The notes beneath the pieces were generated by a model that was not told the DNA's origin, searched no databases, and worked only from the letters and a program-made list of their open reading frames with translations. This document shows positions 1 to 9,969 of a stretch of 23,604 nt of DNA, piece by piece. Location: contig JANLPS010000261.1 of assembly GCA_031367385.1 (NCBI GenBank), forward strand, positions 1 through 23,604. Reading direction: 5' to 3'. A program made the position numbers and the translations under genes. Source of the DNA: Archangium sp. Its GTDB lineage: Bacteria; Myxococcota; Myxococcia; Myxococcales; Myxococcaceae. Every line of letters starts with the position of its first letter. The first letter of the stretch is position 1.

Positions 1-1347
1 CTGGTGCAGTTCGACCTGAGCGAGCCGGTCGACGCGGCCTCGGTCATCACCGCCAACGTCGACCTGGTCGATGACACCCTCGCCAACAACCTGGGCGTCA
101 CCAACCCCAACACCAACGGCGGCAACACCGAAGCCGACGCGACCATCTCGAGCGTGGTGCCGCTCAACGTCGTCAACGGGCGCACCACCCGCATCGGCGT
201 CGTCTTCAACAACTTCTTCGGCCTCGATACCGGCGACAAGGTGGTGCTCAAGAAGGGCACCGCGGCGATCAAAGACATCTCGGGCAACGCGGCGAAAGAC
301 GGGTTCTTGATCACCGCTCCGGTCGTCGACGACTACCCGCCGATGATCAAATCGGTCAGCGTCGACCCCGCGGCAGACACCATCACCTTGACCTACACCA
401 AGTGGTTCTCGGCGAATCAGGCGGTGGTGGCCTCACAGGGCAACATCGCGTTGAGCGAGTTCAACTTCACCAACTTCCTGTCGTCGCCCTTCGTGCAGCA
501 GGGCTCGGCCCAGCTGCTTCAGGGCACGAAGTCGTTCAATGGGTCGGGCGAGCAGCAGGTCGTCTTGCAGTTCACCGACGTCGGCTACGTTCGCGGCTAC
601 AACTCGACCGACGCCAACTGCATGGCGCAGGGCAAAGGCACGCGAATCTCGTCGCCCGCGTTGACCAGCATCGACTTCTCGAGCACCAACGCTCGCTCGA
701 GCACCACGGTGAACGATGACGGAGTCGTGGCGTATGAAAACGTGCTGGCCGACCCGGTCGAGCCCGCGTTCAGCCCCGGCGCCTACCAACCGGTCAACGG
801 TGTCGGCACCCGCTCGAGCGTCAAAGACACCATCGCCCCCCGGTTGTCGAACGGGCACAGCGATCGCACCTTGGGCACCTTCTCGAATGCGGTGAACGTC
901 GGAGCCTCGTCGCAGGTCTCGGCCTTCGTCGACGTCGCGATGACCGAGTTCTCGGCCAACGAGTCGGTGCCGACGGCGGCCAACTCGGCCTACAACGCGG
1001 CGAACTGGTCGGTCGCGGCCGTCGACCTCGGGGTCGACAACTGGGTGGGCAATGCGGGCACCGACCCCGCTGCATCAGGCGTCACCGTCACCGTCGACAG
1101 CGTGAGCCTGATCAACCAATTCGGAGGCGGCTGCGCCCGCACACCGCGTTACCGCTTGAACCTCACGGTCAAGAACACCGACGCCTCGGCGAAGACCTTG
1201 GGCTTCGCGCGCGTCACGGTGGGGCCCAATGTGACCGACCTGGCGGGCAACGCCATCGGCACCACCGGCCGCCACGCCAAGTACGCCTACTCGCCGACCC
1301 GCACCGACGCGAACGGGAATCTCGACCCGGGCTGGGTCGCCGAGTAA
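1..1347 (+). CDS. Large secreted/surface protein with Ig-like (Big_5/SbsA-type) repeats; 5' end lies outside the window
   Basis: Frame open from position 1 to TAA at 1345-1347. T/V/N/S/G-rich beta-type sequence with repeat-boundary motifs IKDISGNAA, DDYPPMIKSVSVD, DTIAPRL and VTDLAGNAI. Strong GC3 bias. Confidence 0.75.
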   Translation: MVQFDLSEPVDAASVITANVDLVDDTLANNLGVTNPNTNGGNTEADATISSVVPLNVVNGRTTRIGVVFNNFFGLDTGDKVVLKKGTAAIKDISGNAAKDGFLITAPVVDDYPPMIKSVSVDPAADTITLTYTKWFSANQAVVASQGNIALSEFNFTNFLSSPFVQQGSAQLLQGTKSFNGSGEQQVVLQFTDVGYVRGYNSTDANCMAQGKGTRISSPALTSIDFSSTNARSSTTVNDDGVVAYENVLADPVEPAFSPGAYQPVNGVGTRSSVKDTIAPRLSNGHSDRTLGTFSNAVNVGASSQVSAFVDVAMTEFSANESVPTAANSAYNAANWSVAAVDLGVDNWVGNAGTDPAASGVTVTVDSVSLINQFGGGCARTPRYRLNLTVKNTDASAKTLGFARVTVGPNVTDLAGNAIGTTGRHAKYAYSPTRTDANGNLDPGWVAE

Positions 1348-1357
1348 AAGCACGACG

Positions 1358-1702
1358 ATGAACAAGCTCTCCATCGCTTCAGTGCTCGCGGCAGTGACTC
1401 TGGTCATTGCCTGCGGGCGCAGCCCCAAAGACGTGTGCACCGACAACATCGCGGCCACCCGCGCGAAGTTCAATGAGTGCACTCCTGATGCTGGGGGCTT
1501 CGGAGCCTTCATCGAGCTCGCCTTCGCCACCGCTGAAGCGAGGTGCGGCACCATCGACAAGGGCTGCGACAAGCCCGATGGCGGCACCGGCGTTTTCAAC
1601 TCGGGCAACGCCGAGAAGTGCACCGCTGAGATCAAGGCGGCCACGTGCACGAGCTCGAGCAGCTCGTCGAGCAGCACCAGCTGCGCCGGCCTCTGCCAGT
1701 AA
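1358..1702 (+). CDS. Small Cys-rich lipoprotein
   Basis: Signal peptide with lipobox VIAC, 8 further Cys and a poly-Ser tract. Starts 10 nt after the upstream stop, so probably co-transcribed. Confidence 0.8.
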   Translation: MNKLSIASVLAAVTLVIACGRSPKDVCTDNIAATRAKFNECTPDAGGFGAFIELAFATAEARCGTIDKGCDKPDGGTGVFNSGNAEKCTAEIKAATCTSSSSSSSSTSCAGLCQ

Positions 1703-1712
1703 CGACGGTGCT

Positions 1713-2822
1713 TCAGCGCAGCCGGTAACCCACCACCAGGTTCAGCGGGTCACCGAGCTCGTTGGTGAACTTCGCCACCACCCACACCGTGCCGTCGGGG
1801 CTCATCGCGATGGCCTCGCGGCGCGTGTCGAGCGTGCCTCGCGGGTAGCGCCAGGTGCGAATGCTGCCCGCCGAAGCGAGCGCGAGCCCTTTGGTGCCGA
1901 CCACGATCAGCCCGCCGTCAGGCAGCGCGAACCCTCGAACCCAATCACGCTCGCCGGGAGTCGCGAGCGACGCCCACCTCCCTCCGGCCTCGCTGATGAG
2001 CTCGTTGTCGTACCCTGCGACCGCGACCAACCCGAACCCGGTCTCGGCGAAATCGACCACCGGCAGATAGCGGCCCATCGCCGTCTCGAAGTGAAAGCCC
2101 CCGTCGGGTGAGAGCCGGCCCACCCGGTAGTTGTCGGTCGTCAGCACCGTTCGATCGCGCAGCCGGTAGCAGGGGCCGGGCTCCAGTTGGGAGCCGGGGT
2201 CTCCAATCGAAGGCCAGCCTCCGTCGACCAGCTCGTAATACTCGCCGTGCAGATCTCTCACCGCGACCGGGCCACTGCCACCGCACACGCGATCGAGAAA
2301 GACGCCGAAGGGCAGATCGACGACGCGAGGCGCGGCTCCGCTGCGGCACGCCTGGTCACACAGCAGCTGTGCCTTGTCGCGGGTCACCAGCAGCGGGCCC
2401 TCCTCGGTCGAACGCAGGGCCATCAAGTCGGCTGACGCGCCCGAGCTGACGGTACGCCACGCCGCTCCATCGGCCTCGAGCAGCTGGGTGCCATCGCCGT
2501 AGAACAGGCGGCCTTGCCAGATCACCAGGCTCTCATTGCTGCTGCGAAACCCAGGGAGCACCGTCTCGACGAACGCGTCGACCGGGAGCGCTGTCGCGGG
2601 CCAGCCAGCATCGAAGTCGTCACCGCCACCGCCGGTGCCTCCGCCGGTCGTGCCACCACCTGTGCCCCCACCGCTCCCGCCTGCGTCTGATGCGCTGCTT
2701 CTGCCGCCATCTGGCGGAGCGCTCCCCCCATCGCGGCCAGGGAGCCCCAAGGCACCGCACGCGCTGATCAGCGCGATCAGCCAGGGCAACGCACCGGAGC
2801 GACCGAGGCCTCTCGCGCTCAT
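1713..2822 (-). CDS. Lipoprotein with Gly/Thr-rich linker and probable beta-propeller domain
   Basis: ATG at 2822 overlaps the upstream TGA (ATGA). Lipobox ISAC, GGGTGGG and DAG linkers typical of myxobacterial lipoproteins, and repeated W/G-containing beta strands. Confidence 0.7.
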   Translation of the reverse strand: MSARGLGRSGALPWLIALISACGALGLPGRDGGSAPPDGGRSSASDAGGSGGGTGGGTTGGGTGGGGDDFDAGWPATALPVDAFVETVLPGFRSSNESLVIWQGRLFYGDGTQLLEADGAAWRTVSSGASADLMALRSTEEGPLLVTRDKAQLLCDQACRSGAAPRVVDLPFGVFLDRVCGGSGPVAVRDLHGEYYELVDGGWPSIGDPGSQLEPGPCYRLRDRTVLTTDNYRVGRLSPDGGFHFETAMGRYLPVVDFAETGFGLVAVAGYDNELISEAGGRWASLATPGERDWVRGFALPDGGLIVVGTKGLALASAGSIRTWRYPRGTLDTRREAIAMSPDGTVWVVAKFTNELGDPLNLVVGYRLR

Positions 2823-3172
2823 TCGACGGCCGAGTGCATCGAGAACAGCGGCAAGGAGGCCCGGATGGGAAAGAGCGTCAGCGCAGCGAAAAAGATCACG
2901 AACGCGGCGAACGTTCGCGCGGCGCGAGCGGTCGCGGTCGCCCGAGGTGCAATGCCATCTGCGACGATCGTCGGAGGCACGCAGCCGAGCACGGGCGAGC
3001 ACCAGGGCGTGAGAACGAGCCGGGTGACCGTGGGTATTTTGCCGCCCAGATCAGCGGTCAGCCGTGAAAAGCGGGGTGCGATGACCAACCCCATCATGAG
3101 CGCGAGACCGCCGATGGCAAGGCCCACCAGGTCGACTCCCTCGAGGTGCCGCGCGCTGACAGCGTCTGCCAT
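2819..3172 (-). CDS. Small membrane protein resembling the transmembrane segments of PilC/GspF
   Basis: MADAVSAR... 117 aa with about 3 hydrophobic segments. Motifs VIAPRFSRLTADLGGKIPTVTRLVL and C-terminal SLPLFSM. Confidence 0.6.
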   Translation of the reverse strand: MADAVSARHLEGVDLVGLAIGGLALMMGLVIAPRFSRLTADLGGKIPTVTRLVLTPWCSPVLGCVPPTIVADGIAPRATATARAARTFAAFVIFFAALTLFPIRASLPLFSMHSAVE

Positions 3173-3222
3173 GGCCCTTCGGTAGCACTGCCGCACGTGG
3201 GGAGAAAGCCCCAACCCGCGGC

Positions 3223-5925
3223 TTACGCCCTGCCGACGACGCGCTTCAAGAAGCCCCAGAAGCGGCCGCCGCGCTGCTTCAGCTCTTCGGCGCGCTGCGC
3301 GGTCGCGGGAGTCGCCTTGACCGTGCTCATGCCCAGCCGCGTACGAATTTCATCGGGCGTGTAGCGGGTCGCGAGGGTGCTGGTGAAGGCCTTGCGGGTT
3401 CGCAATTCACGGGCGTCGACGTGCAGCACGCACTCGGCGTCGAGCTTGAGGGTCACCGCCAGCTGCACCGAACCCTTGGGGCCTTTGGGCAGCCCTTCGA
3501 TGCGCATCGTGCCCAGATATTCATTGGCGCCGACGTTCGCGTCTTCGCCCTGAAAGACCTGCAGCTCCATCGTCTCTTCGTTGTCTTTCGAGGTCGCCAG
3601 AGAGAACGACTTCGAGGCGGGCAAGGGCGTGTTGCGCTCGACGATGCGCTTGAACCCGCCGCCCGGCAGGCCCAGGCCAATGGTCATCGGCACCACGTCG
3701 ATCAACACCACGCTCGAGACCTTGTCGACGGTGCCCGAGTACAGCGCGGCCCCGAGCGCGACGGCCTCGTCGGCGTTCACGCTGGCCTGGGGCGGCTTCT
3801 TGAACACCCCTTTGATCTTCTCTCGCACCAGCGGCATTCGGCTCATGCCTCCGACGAGAATCACGTCGTCGATGTCGCCGGCCTTGATGTTGGCGTCGAG
3901 CAACACGTCGCGCACCACGTCGATGGTGCGGTCGACGAGGGTGCCGCAGCTCTCGTTGAGCTCTTCGCGGGTGAGGGTGCACTTGAGCTCGAGGGGCACG
4001 CCGGCGTTCGACATCTGCAGCATCGGCAGGTGCACTTCGAAGGTCGTTCGCTCCGAGAGGGCGACCTTGGCGCGCTCGGCCTGGTCGCTGACCCGTGAGA
4101 GGGCCACCGCGTCGCCGTTGAAGGTGACGTTGTTCTGCTTCTGAAATTTGCTCAGCAGGGTGTCGACGATCTGGTTGTCGAAGTCGAGGCCGCCCAAGAA
4201 GATGTCGCCGCCCGTGGCCATCACCTCGAACACGTTCTTGTCGATGCGCATCAGCGTGGCGTCGAAGGTGCCGCCGCCCAGGTCGTACACCAGCACCCGG
4301 CGCGACATTTCACGGTTGAGGCCGTACGCCAGCGCCGCCGCGGTGGGCTCGTTGAGCACGCGCTCGACCTTGAGGCCGGCCATCGCCGCCGCACGCCGCA
4401 CGGCTTCGCGCTGGCTCTCAGAATAGTACGCGGGGCAGGTGATGACCGCGCGACTGACCTTTTGCCCGAGGTGCTGCTCGGCCATTTGCTTGCATTCGCG
4501 AAGCACGATGCCCTGCACCTCTTCGAGCGAGAGCGTGTTGGCGCCCAAGTTCACCGCGGCCTTGCCATCGGGCCCGGCGACGATGTCGTAGTGAAAGCGC
4601 TCGCGCACTTCGCTCACGGTGGCGCTGTCGAAGTCGCGGCCGACCAGGCGCTTGGCACCGTAAATGCTCTGGCTCGGGTTCAGCAACATCTGCGACTTGG
4701 CGCGGTTGCCGACCAGCAGGTTGCCCTGTTTGCCGAGGGCCACGACTGACGGAATCGTGTTGTAGCCCTCTTTCGAGCTCAGAATCTGCGGCTTGCCCTT
4801 GTTGAGCACCGCGCAGCACGAGTTGGTGGTGCCGAGGTCGATGCCGATCACCGGGCCGGTCGGGTCGATCGTGCCGGGGGGCTCGAGAAAGACGGGCTTG
4901 CCCGGCGCGGCGCGCATCTGCGGCACCACCGGCACCGCCTGACGCAACACCGCGGGCGCTGAAGGCGCCGTTGGCCCAGGAGGCGGGCCGCCTCGGCGAA
5001 TTTCGGGCAGCACCGAGTCGGCGGGAGGCGGCGGGGCCGCGGGGGCCTTGGCCACGGGCGCGGGCGGAGCGACGAAGGGCCGATGCGGTGGCGCAGCAGG
5101 TGCCGCGCGCGCGGGCGGGTTGTACGAGGGCACCGATTGGAGCGCGATGTCGGCGTCGGCCGGTGAGGTGTCGCGCGAGAGATCGATGTCGAGCTCCAAC
5201 GAATCCATCGCTTCGGCGATCGGCAGGTCGTCAGGCAGCGCGGGCTCACTGCCAGGCGGCGGCGGCGGGGGCGTCTGCTGAATCAACGTCTCGAGGTCGA
5301 TCTCGATCTCGCCCGCTCCGGGTGGAGGCGGCGCTTCGAATTGATAGTCGCTGCTGACCGGCTCGACCTCTGGCGCGCCCGGCGCCACCGGGAGATCTCC
5401 GAAGATTGAATCGAGATCGAGCGCCGGCGGTGCTGCTGGCGCGGCGCGTGGCGGCTTGGCTGGAGGTGACGCCGCGGGCCTCGAGGGCGCCGGAGCAATC
5501 GCAGGCGCTCTGGGCGCGCTCGGCGGAGCCACCCGAGGCGCCACCACCGCAGGCACCATCGGCGGCCGGGGTATCTGGGGCAGCGGTGTCGACGCCTTGC
5601 CCGAAAGCATGCGAATCACCAGGGCTTCACTCGACGCGTCGAGCGATGAGAACTCGAGGCCCATGCCCGGCGGCCCATTGGGGTCATTGGGCTCGCGCAC
5701 CCACTTCACGACGGCCGAGCCCTGGAGCACCCGGGTGCCACCGGCAATCTCGACCTTGAAGTTGACCACCGTGCCCAACGGCTTGGGCTCTCTGGAGCGA
5801 ATGAACATGCCGCCAGGGCTCAGGTTGGTCGCATACTTCTCGACGAACTCGTCGACGCCGCTGTGCGCCAGCTTCACCAGCAAATTGACAGATTTTCGGT
5901 CGTTTCCTACTCGACGGTCACTCAC
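3223..5925 (-). CDS. PilZ-like (TIGR02266) domain - Pro-rich linker - Hsp70/DnaK-family protein
   Basis: N-terminal YATNLSPGGMFIRS...GMGLEF. Hsp70 motifs GIDLGTTNS, NEPTAAALAYG, VYDLGGGTFD, VILVGGMSRMPLV and VFQGE. GTG start. Confidence 0.93.
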   Translation of the reverse strand: MSDRRVGNDRKSVNLLVKLAHSGVDEFVEKYATNLSPGGMFIRSREPKPLGTVVNFKVEIAGGTRVLQGSAVVKWVREPNDPNGPPGMGLEFSSLDASSEALVIRMLSGKASTPLPQIPRPPMVPAVVAPRVAPPSAPRAPAIAPAPSRPAASPPAKPPRAAPAAPPALDLDSIFGDLPVAPGAPEVEPVSSDYQFEAPPPPGAGEIEIDLETLIQQTPPPPPPGSEPALPDDLPIAEAMDSLELDIDLSRDTSPADADIALQSVPSYNPPARAAPAAPPHRPFVAPPAPVAKAPAAPPPPADSVLPEIRRGGPPPGPTAPSAPAVLRQAVPVVPQMRAAPGKPVFLEPPGTIDPTGPVIGIDLGTTNSCCAVLNKGKPQILSSKEGYNTIPSVVALGKQGNLLVGNRAKSQMLLNPSQSIYGAKRLVGRDFDSATVSEVRERFHYDIVAGPDGKAAVNLGANTLSLEEVQGIVLRECKQMAEQHLGQKVSRAVITCPAYYSESQREAVRRAAAMAGLKVERVLNEPTAAALAYGLNREMSRRVLVYDLGGGTFDATLMRIDKNVFEVMATGGDIFLGGLDFDNQIVDTLLSKFQKQNNVTFNGDAVALSRVSDQAERAKVALSERTTFEVHLPMLQMSNAGVPLELKCTLTREELNESCGTLVDRTIDVVRDVLLDANIKAGDIDDVILVGGMSRMPLVREKIKGVFKKPPQASVNADEAVALGAALYSGTVDKVSSVVLIDVVPMTIGLGLPGGGFKRIVERNTPLPASKSFSLATSKDNEETMELQVFQGEDANVGANEYLGTMRIEGLPKGPKGSVQLAVTLKLDAECVLHVDARELRTRKAFTSTLATRYTPDEIRTRLGMSTVKATPATAQRAEELKQRGGRFWGFLKRVVGRA

Positions 5926-6003
5926 GCGATGCCATCTTGCCTTTACTGCAGGGCAGATCGCGAAGAACCTGCCATGTAGGTAAGTGTCGCCGCTTGGCGC
6001 ACG

Positions 6004-6654
6004 CTACGAGGCAGAGCGCACGATGCCGATGATCACGGCGAAGTGCATGGCCGCGCCGACCAGGGTCATCGCGTGAAAGGCCTCGTGGTACCCGAAGACC
6101 CCCGGTCGAAGGTTGGGGCGCTTGGTCGCGTAGGCGAGCGCTCCCAGGGTGTACGCGAGGCCGCCACCGAGAATCAGCCCGAAGCTCAGCGGCCCCACGG
6201 CCAGCCGCACGTCGTTGAAGTACGGCACCATCACCCAGCCCACCGCCAACGCGACGATCGCGGTGATCACCTTGGGCGCCGTCGGCCAGAACAACGAGAC
6301 CAGCACGCCGCCTAGCGCCGCCACCCAAATGGCGAGCAGCAACGAGGTGCCCGACGCCTGCGGCAGCGCCAGCAGCGCCACCGGGGTGTAGGTGCCGGCG
6401 ATCAAAATGAAGATCGACGCGTGGTCCATTCGGCGCATCCACACCCGGCCGCGCGGCGACCAATTGACCCGGTGGTACGTCGCGCTCACCGAGAGCAGCG
6501 TCACCAGGCTCAACGCGAAGATGGCCGCGCCGAAGCCAGAGCGAGCGGTCGGTGCCATCGCGACCAACACCACGCCCGCGCCCGCGGCACAGCCGATGGC
6601 CCACTGGTGCAGCACGCCTCGCAGCGTGGGCTTGACCTCGGGCGCGACCGACAT
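6004..6654 (-). CDS. Hemolysin III / PAQR-family membrane protein (YqfA/TrhA-like)
   Basis: KPTLRGVLH, SATYH, RRMDHASIFILIAGTYTP and FGYHEAFH motifs; about 7 TM helices. ATG at 6654. Confidence 0.92.
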   Translation of the reverse strand: MSVAPEVKPTLRGVLHQWAIGCAAGAGVVLVAMAPTARSGFGAAIFALSLVTLLSVSATYHRVNWSPRGRVWMRRMDHASIFILIAGTYTPVALLALPQASGTSLLLAIWVAALGGVLVSLFWPTAPKVITAIVALAVGWVMVPYFNDVRLAVGPLSFGLILGGGLAYTLGALAYATKRPNLRPGVFGYHEAFHAMTLVGAAMHFAVIIGIVRSAS

Positions 6655-6659
6655 CGCGC

Positions 6660-8951
6660 TTATGGAGTGACCGTCACCATCGAGGTCACCGCCCCGGCGC
6701 CAGTACCCGCGGTGACCGTCGCCATGCCCGCTGCGACGCCCTTGATGCCGAAGTACCCGGCGATGCCGTCGGTGCCCGGCGCCAGCGTCACCAGCGTCGA
6801 GAGCACCGCGACCTTCGCCGGCGCATCTGAGACCAGCGGCAACCGAACCTCGGCGGCCAGCAAGCAATCTGAATACACGTACCCTTGATTGACCTCGCCC
6901 ACCTTGAGCGGGGTGGGCGTGTAGAGCGTCAGCTTCGGCGTCGCGACCACCGTCACCTGGGCGCTGAACGAGATACCCTCGCGGGTCAGGGTGATGTCGG
7001 TCGTGCCCGGAGTCACAGCGCGAACCGCGAACGTCGCCTGCTGCTCTCCGGTCGAGAGGGCCGCGGTGCCGACGATCTCGGCCACGCCGGGCTTCGAGTA
7101 CACGACGGTGATCGGCACCGTCGAGACCGCCTCGGTGCTCAGGCTCATCACCAGCGTAGTGGCCGCGCCGACCTGCAAGCGCGAGGCAGAGATGCCAACC
7201 GACTGCAAGACCGGGTACGACTCGCTCGACGACCCGACGTAGACCACCGCCGACTGCTTCTGCGAGCCCATGGTCACCGTCAAAATCGAGGTGCCGGTGG
7301 TCAACCCCTCGAGTTGCACCTGGGCGTAGGTCGAGCCGTTGAAGCTGACCGGCGCGGGCGCTGCCACCACCGCCGGGTTGCTGCTCTCGAAGGTGGCCGA
7401 GACCCCGACCGGCGGTATCGCGTTGAGCGACAGCGGCTGGTTCTGTTTCGCACCGGTGGCGAGGTAGACGCGCGGGCCGAAGCTGATCGACGGGTGGTCG
7501 AACACGGTGATCGGCACCGTCACCGACTGGCCGCTCACCGTCATCGTGACCTGAACCTTGCCGGCCTTGAGCCCCTTGACCTGAATCGACGCGTTGTTCG
7601 AGAAGCCCACGCTCATCGGCACCTGCAGCACCGCAGGGTCACTCGAGACCACCGTCATCGTGCCAGTCGCGTTGCCGTACGCCTGAATCACGCCAATCGC
7701 ACCGATGCTGAGCGACTGACCGTACGCCTGCAGGGTCGAGCTCGAGGTGCCATTCACGGTCACCGGCAACGTCGTATCTTGGCCGCCGTACGAGATGGTC
7801 AAGGTGGTGTTACCCAGCTTGAGCACGTTCACCGGCACGTAGGCATTCGAGTCGTTCGGCAACAGGGTGCCCATGCTCGGCACCGAGATCACGGTGGGGT
7901 CGCTCGAGGTCATCGTGAACGAATGTGCCTTCGAGGCCGTCACGTCAAAGGTGATCGAGAGGGAGGCCGGCATACCGACCTGGAGCACCGAGCTGAGCGC
8001 GACGGAGCGAAGCGTCGGCGAGGCGACCGCTTGAAGAATGGTGTCGAAGCTCACGCCGTCGAGCGTGGCGTGCAACACGGTGCTGCCGGCGGCCAAGAGG
8101 GTCAGCCGCACGTTGCCGTTCGTCGACCCCGCGGGGATGACTACGTTGCCCGAGGGCACCACTGCGGTGTTGCTCGAGGTGTAGGCGATGGTCGTCGGCT
8201 GCGCCAACACCGCGTCGGCCCCCACGCTGAAGCTCACCGCGCCGCCCGCCTCGACCAGCATCGGGTACGCCGATGCGCCCGACAGGTGCGCCTTGGCGAC
8301 CACGGTGTACGAGGCGTCAAAGGTCGCGTCTTCGAGCTTCGCGTGCACAGTGGTGCTGCCCGCCGCGACGCCCGAGATGGTCAGTCGGTTGTTGTTGTCG
8401 TAGCTGTAAGGCGTCGGGTTCGCGAAGGGCGAGATCACCATCGTGGCCGGTACGCTGACCACCGCCGGGTTGTCTGACGCGACACTGATGGTCGTCGCGG
8501 TCGGAGGGTCGATGTTCAAATAGAAATACAGTGCGCCCGAGGCGCCAACCTCGAGGCTCGCGCCACTCGCTGAGATCTGCGTCAGCCGCACCTTGTCGAC
8601 CACGGTGGCGTTCGTCGAGCGGGTGTCATCGCCCAGGGTCGCGTAGAACACGGTCGAGCCGATCAACTTCGCGTCGTACTCGAAGTCGGCGAGCACCGAG
8701 CCCTTGGGAGCGCTCAACGTGGCCGCGGCATCGGCGATCGTCGGCGCCGATGATTTGATGGTGACGCTGGTGTCAGCGGCGAGCGGGTTCTCGAACGTCA
8801 ACCGCAGCTTGCCCTTGCCACCAGCGACTCCGCCGGTCGCTTGCACGGCGCGCAGCTTGTTCGCGGTGGTGACGGTCGTGCCCCCGCCAGGAGTGCCCCC
8901 GCAGCTCAACATCAAGACCCCAACTGCACTGACGACGAACGCGTTTCGCAT
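6660..8951 (-). CDS. Lipoprotein with about 7 tandem Ig-like (Big_2-type) repeats
   Basis: Lipobox MLSC. Recurring SS(D/N)P(A/T)V and G-x-T-x-L/I-T motifs roughly every 90-100 aa. Confidence 0.85.
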   Translation of the reverse strand: MRNAFVVSAVGVLMLSCGGTPGGGTTVTTANKLRAVQATGGVAGGKGKLRLTFENPLAADTSVTIKSSAPTIADAAATLSAPKGSVLADFEYDAKLIGSTVFYATLGDDTRSTNATVVDKVRLTQISASGASLEVGASGALYFYLNIDPPTATTISVASDNPAVVSVPATMVISPFANPTPYSYDNNNRLTISGVAAGSTTVHAKLEDATFDASYTVVAKAHLSGASAYPMLVEAGGAVSFSVGADAVLAQPTTIAYTSSNTAVVPSGNVVIPAGSTNGNVRLTLLAAGSTVLHATLDGVSFDTILQAVASPTLRSVALSSVLQVGMPASLSITFDVTASKAHSFTMTSSDPTVISVPSMGTLLPNDSNAYVPVNVLKLGNTTLTISYGGQDTTLPVTVNGTSSSTLQAYGQSLSIGAIGVIQAYGNATGTMTVVSSDPAVLQVPMSVGFSNNASIQVKGLKAGKVQVTMTVSGQSVTVPITVFDHPSISFGPRVYLATGAKQNQPLSLNAIPPVGVSATFESSNPAVVAAPAPVSFNGSTYAQVQLEGLTTGTSILTVTMGSQKQSAVVYVGSSSESYPVLQSVGISASRLQVGAATTLVMSLSTEAVSTVPITVVYSKPGVAEIVGTAALSTGEQQATFAVRAVTPGTTDITLTREGISFSAQVTVVATPKLTLYTPTPLKVGEVNQGYVYSDCLLAAEVRLPLVSDAPAKVAVLSTLVTLAPGTDGIAGYFGIKGVAAGMATVTAGTGAGAVTSMVTVTP

Positions 8952-9027
8952 GTGAATGCCCCCGATGAATCGAACAGGCCGCTTATACCTGTGAAAGCGC
9001 CCGGGGCAACGATTGCAAGTCGCGTAT

Positions 9028-9856
9028 TTACGAGCGCGAGCCCAGCGCGCCGAGTGGCGTCAGCTGCAGCACCGAGGGTATCACCGAGCGCTGCGTGACG
9101 ATCTCCATGTGCCCGTACTGCGAGCGCATGAACACCAGCCGGCCTTTGTGCGAGCTGCGCGTCGTTCGTGCGACCGGCGGCACCTCATCGAGCGTCTCCG
9201 CGTCAGGGAAAGCGGCGATGAATTTCTCGGTCTGCGGCGCGGTGTCGAAGCCGACCAGCACCAGGCTCACGGGGTGATTGCCGCGATCGCCGAGCCACTT
9301 CGTCAGCTCTGCTTCTGCGCCGTACAGCCCGTCGAGCATCAGCACGGTATCGATGTCGCCCGCGCCGAGCCAGGGTTGCAGCGTGCGCCACCCGCCGCTG
9401 TGCACCATCACCACCGAGGGGCCGGTCGGTACTTCGATTTCACCCTGCCGCGCGACGGTCTCCATCAGCGCGCCCAGGTTCTGCCAGCGCACGCCGTCAT
9501 TGGCGCCCACCGGCGCTTCGGGCACCACGAAGAGCGCGTTTCGACCGCTCGAGGCGAACTGGGTGGCGAGCTCGTGCTGCTTCCACACGGAGTCGACGTC
9601 GTTGAAGTACCCATGCACGTAGAACACCGTGCCGGCGGTGCTCGAGTCGTAGGCCTTCGGCACGAAGAGGTGCACGGGGGCCATTGGGCGTCTCGATGCG
9701 GCGGTGCTGGCCGGTCTCTGCCTCGACCTCCCAGCCTGGGCGGGTGCTCGGCTCGGGAGAACTGCGGCCAAACACCGCAAAAGCGGCCACGAACCCGGCC
9801 AGGCCGAGCACTCCCAAACCAGTCATCACCGTGCCGTTGCCCACGTGTCTCTCCAT
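9028..9856 (-). pseudogene. Alpha/beta-hydrolase-fold protein with N-terminal TM anchor, split by a +1 frameshift at 9676-9680 (pseudogene or assembly error)
   Basis: One frame gives MERHVG...LGVLGLAGFVAAFAVF...HRRIETPNGP and the next continues VHLFVPKAYD...YVHGY...HSGG...LDGLYG...YGH. Removing one base from the G5 run gives a single 275-aa ORF. Confidence 0.75.
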
Positions 9857-9969
9857 CGGGTGTGAAAAAGGCCCATCCAGCCCGGTAACCCAGCGCCGCG
9901 ACCGTCTGTTCCCCCCTCGGTCGATGAATGGCGCTTGCAGCCGCGCCGGGCCCGGTATCAAAGGCGTTC

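Noticed and set aside
2619..2682. GCCACC/GCCGGT-type short repeats
   Set aside because: These encode the GGGTGGG linker of the lipoprotein and are not an independent repeat element.
6885..8477. 530-aa Arg/His-rich + strand ORF and similar long overlapping ORFs
   Set aside because: Typical high-GC shadow frames opposite well-supported genes.
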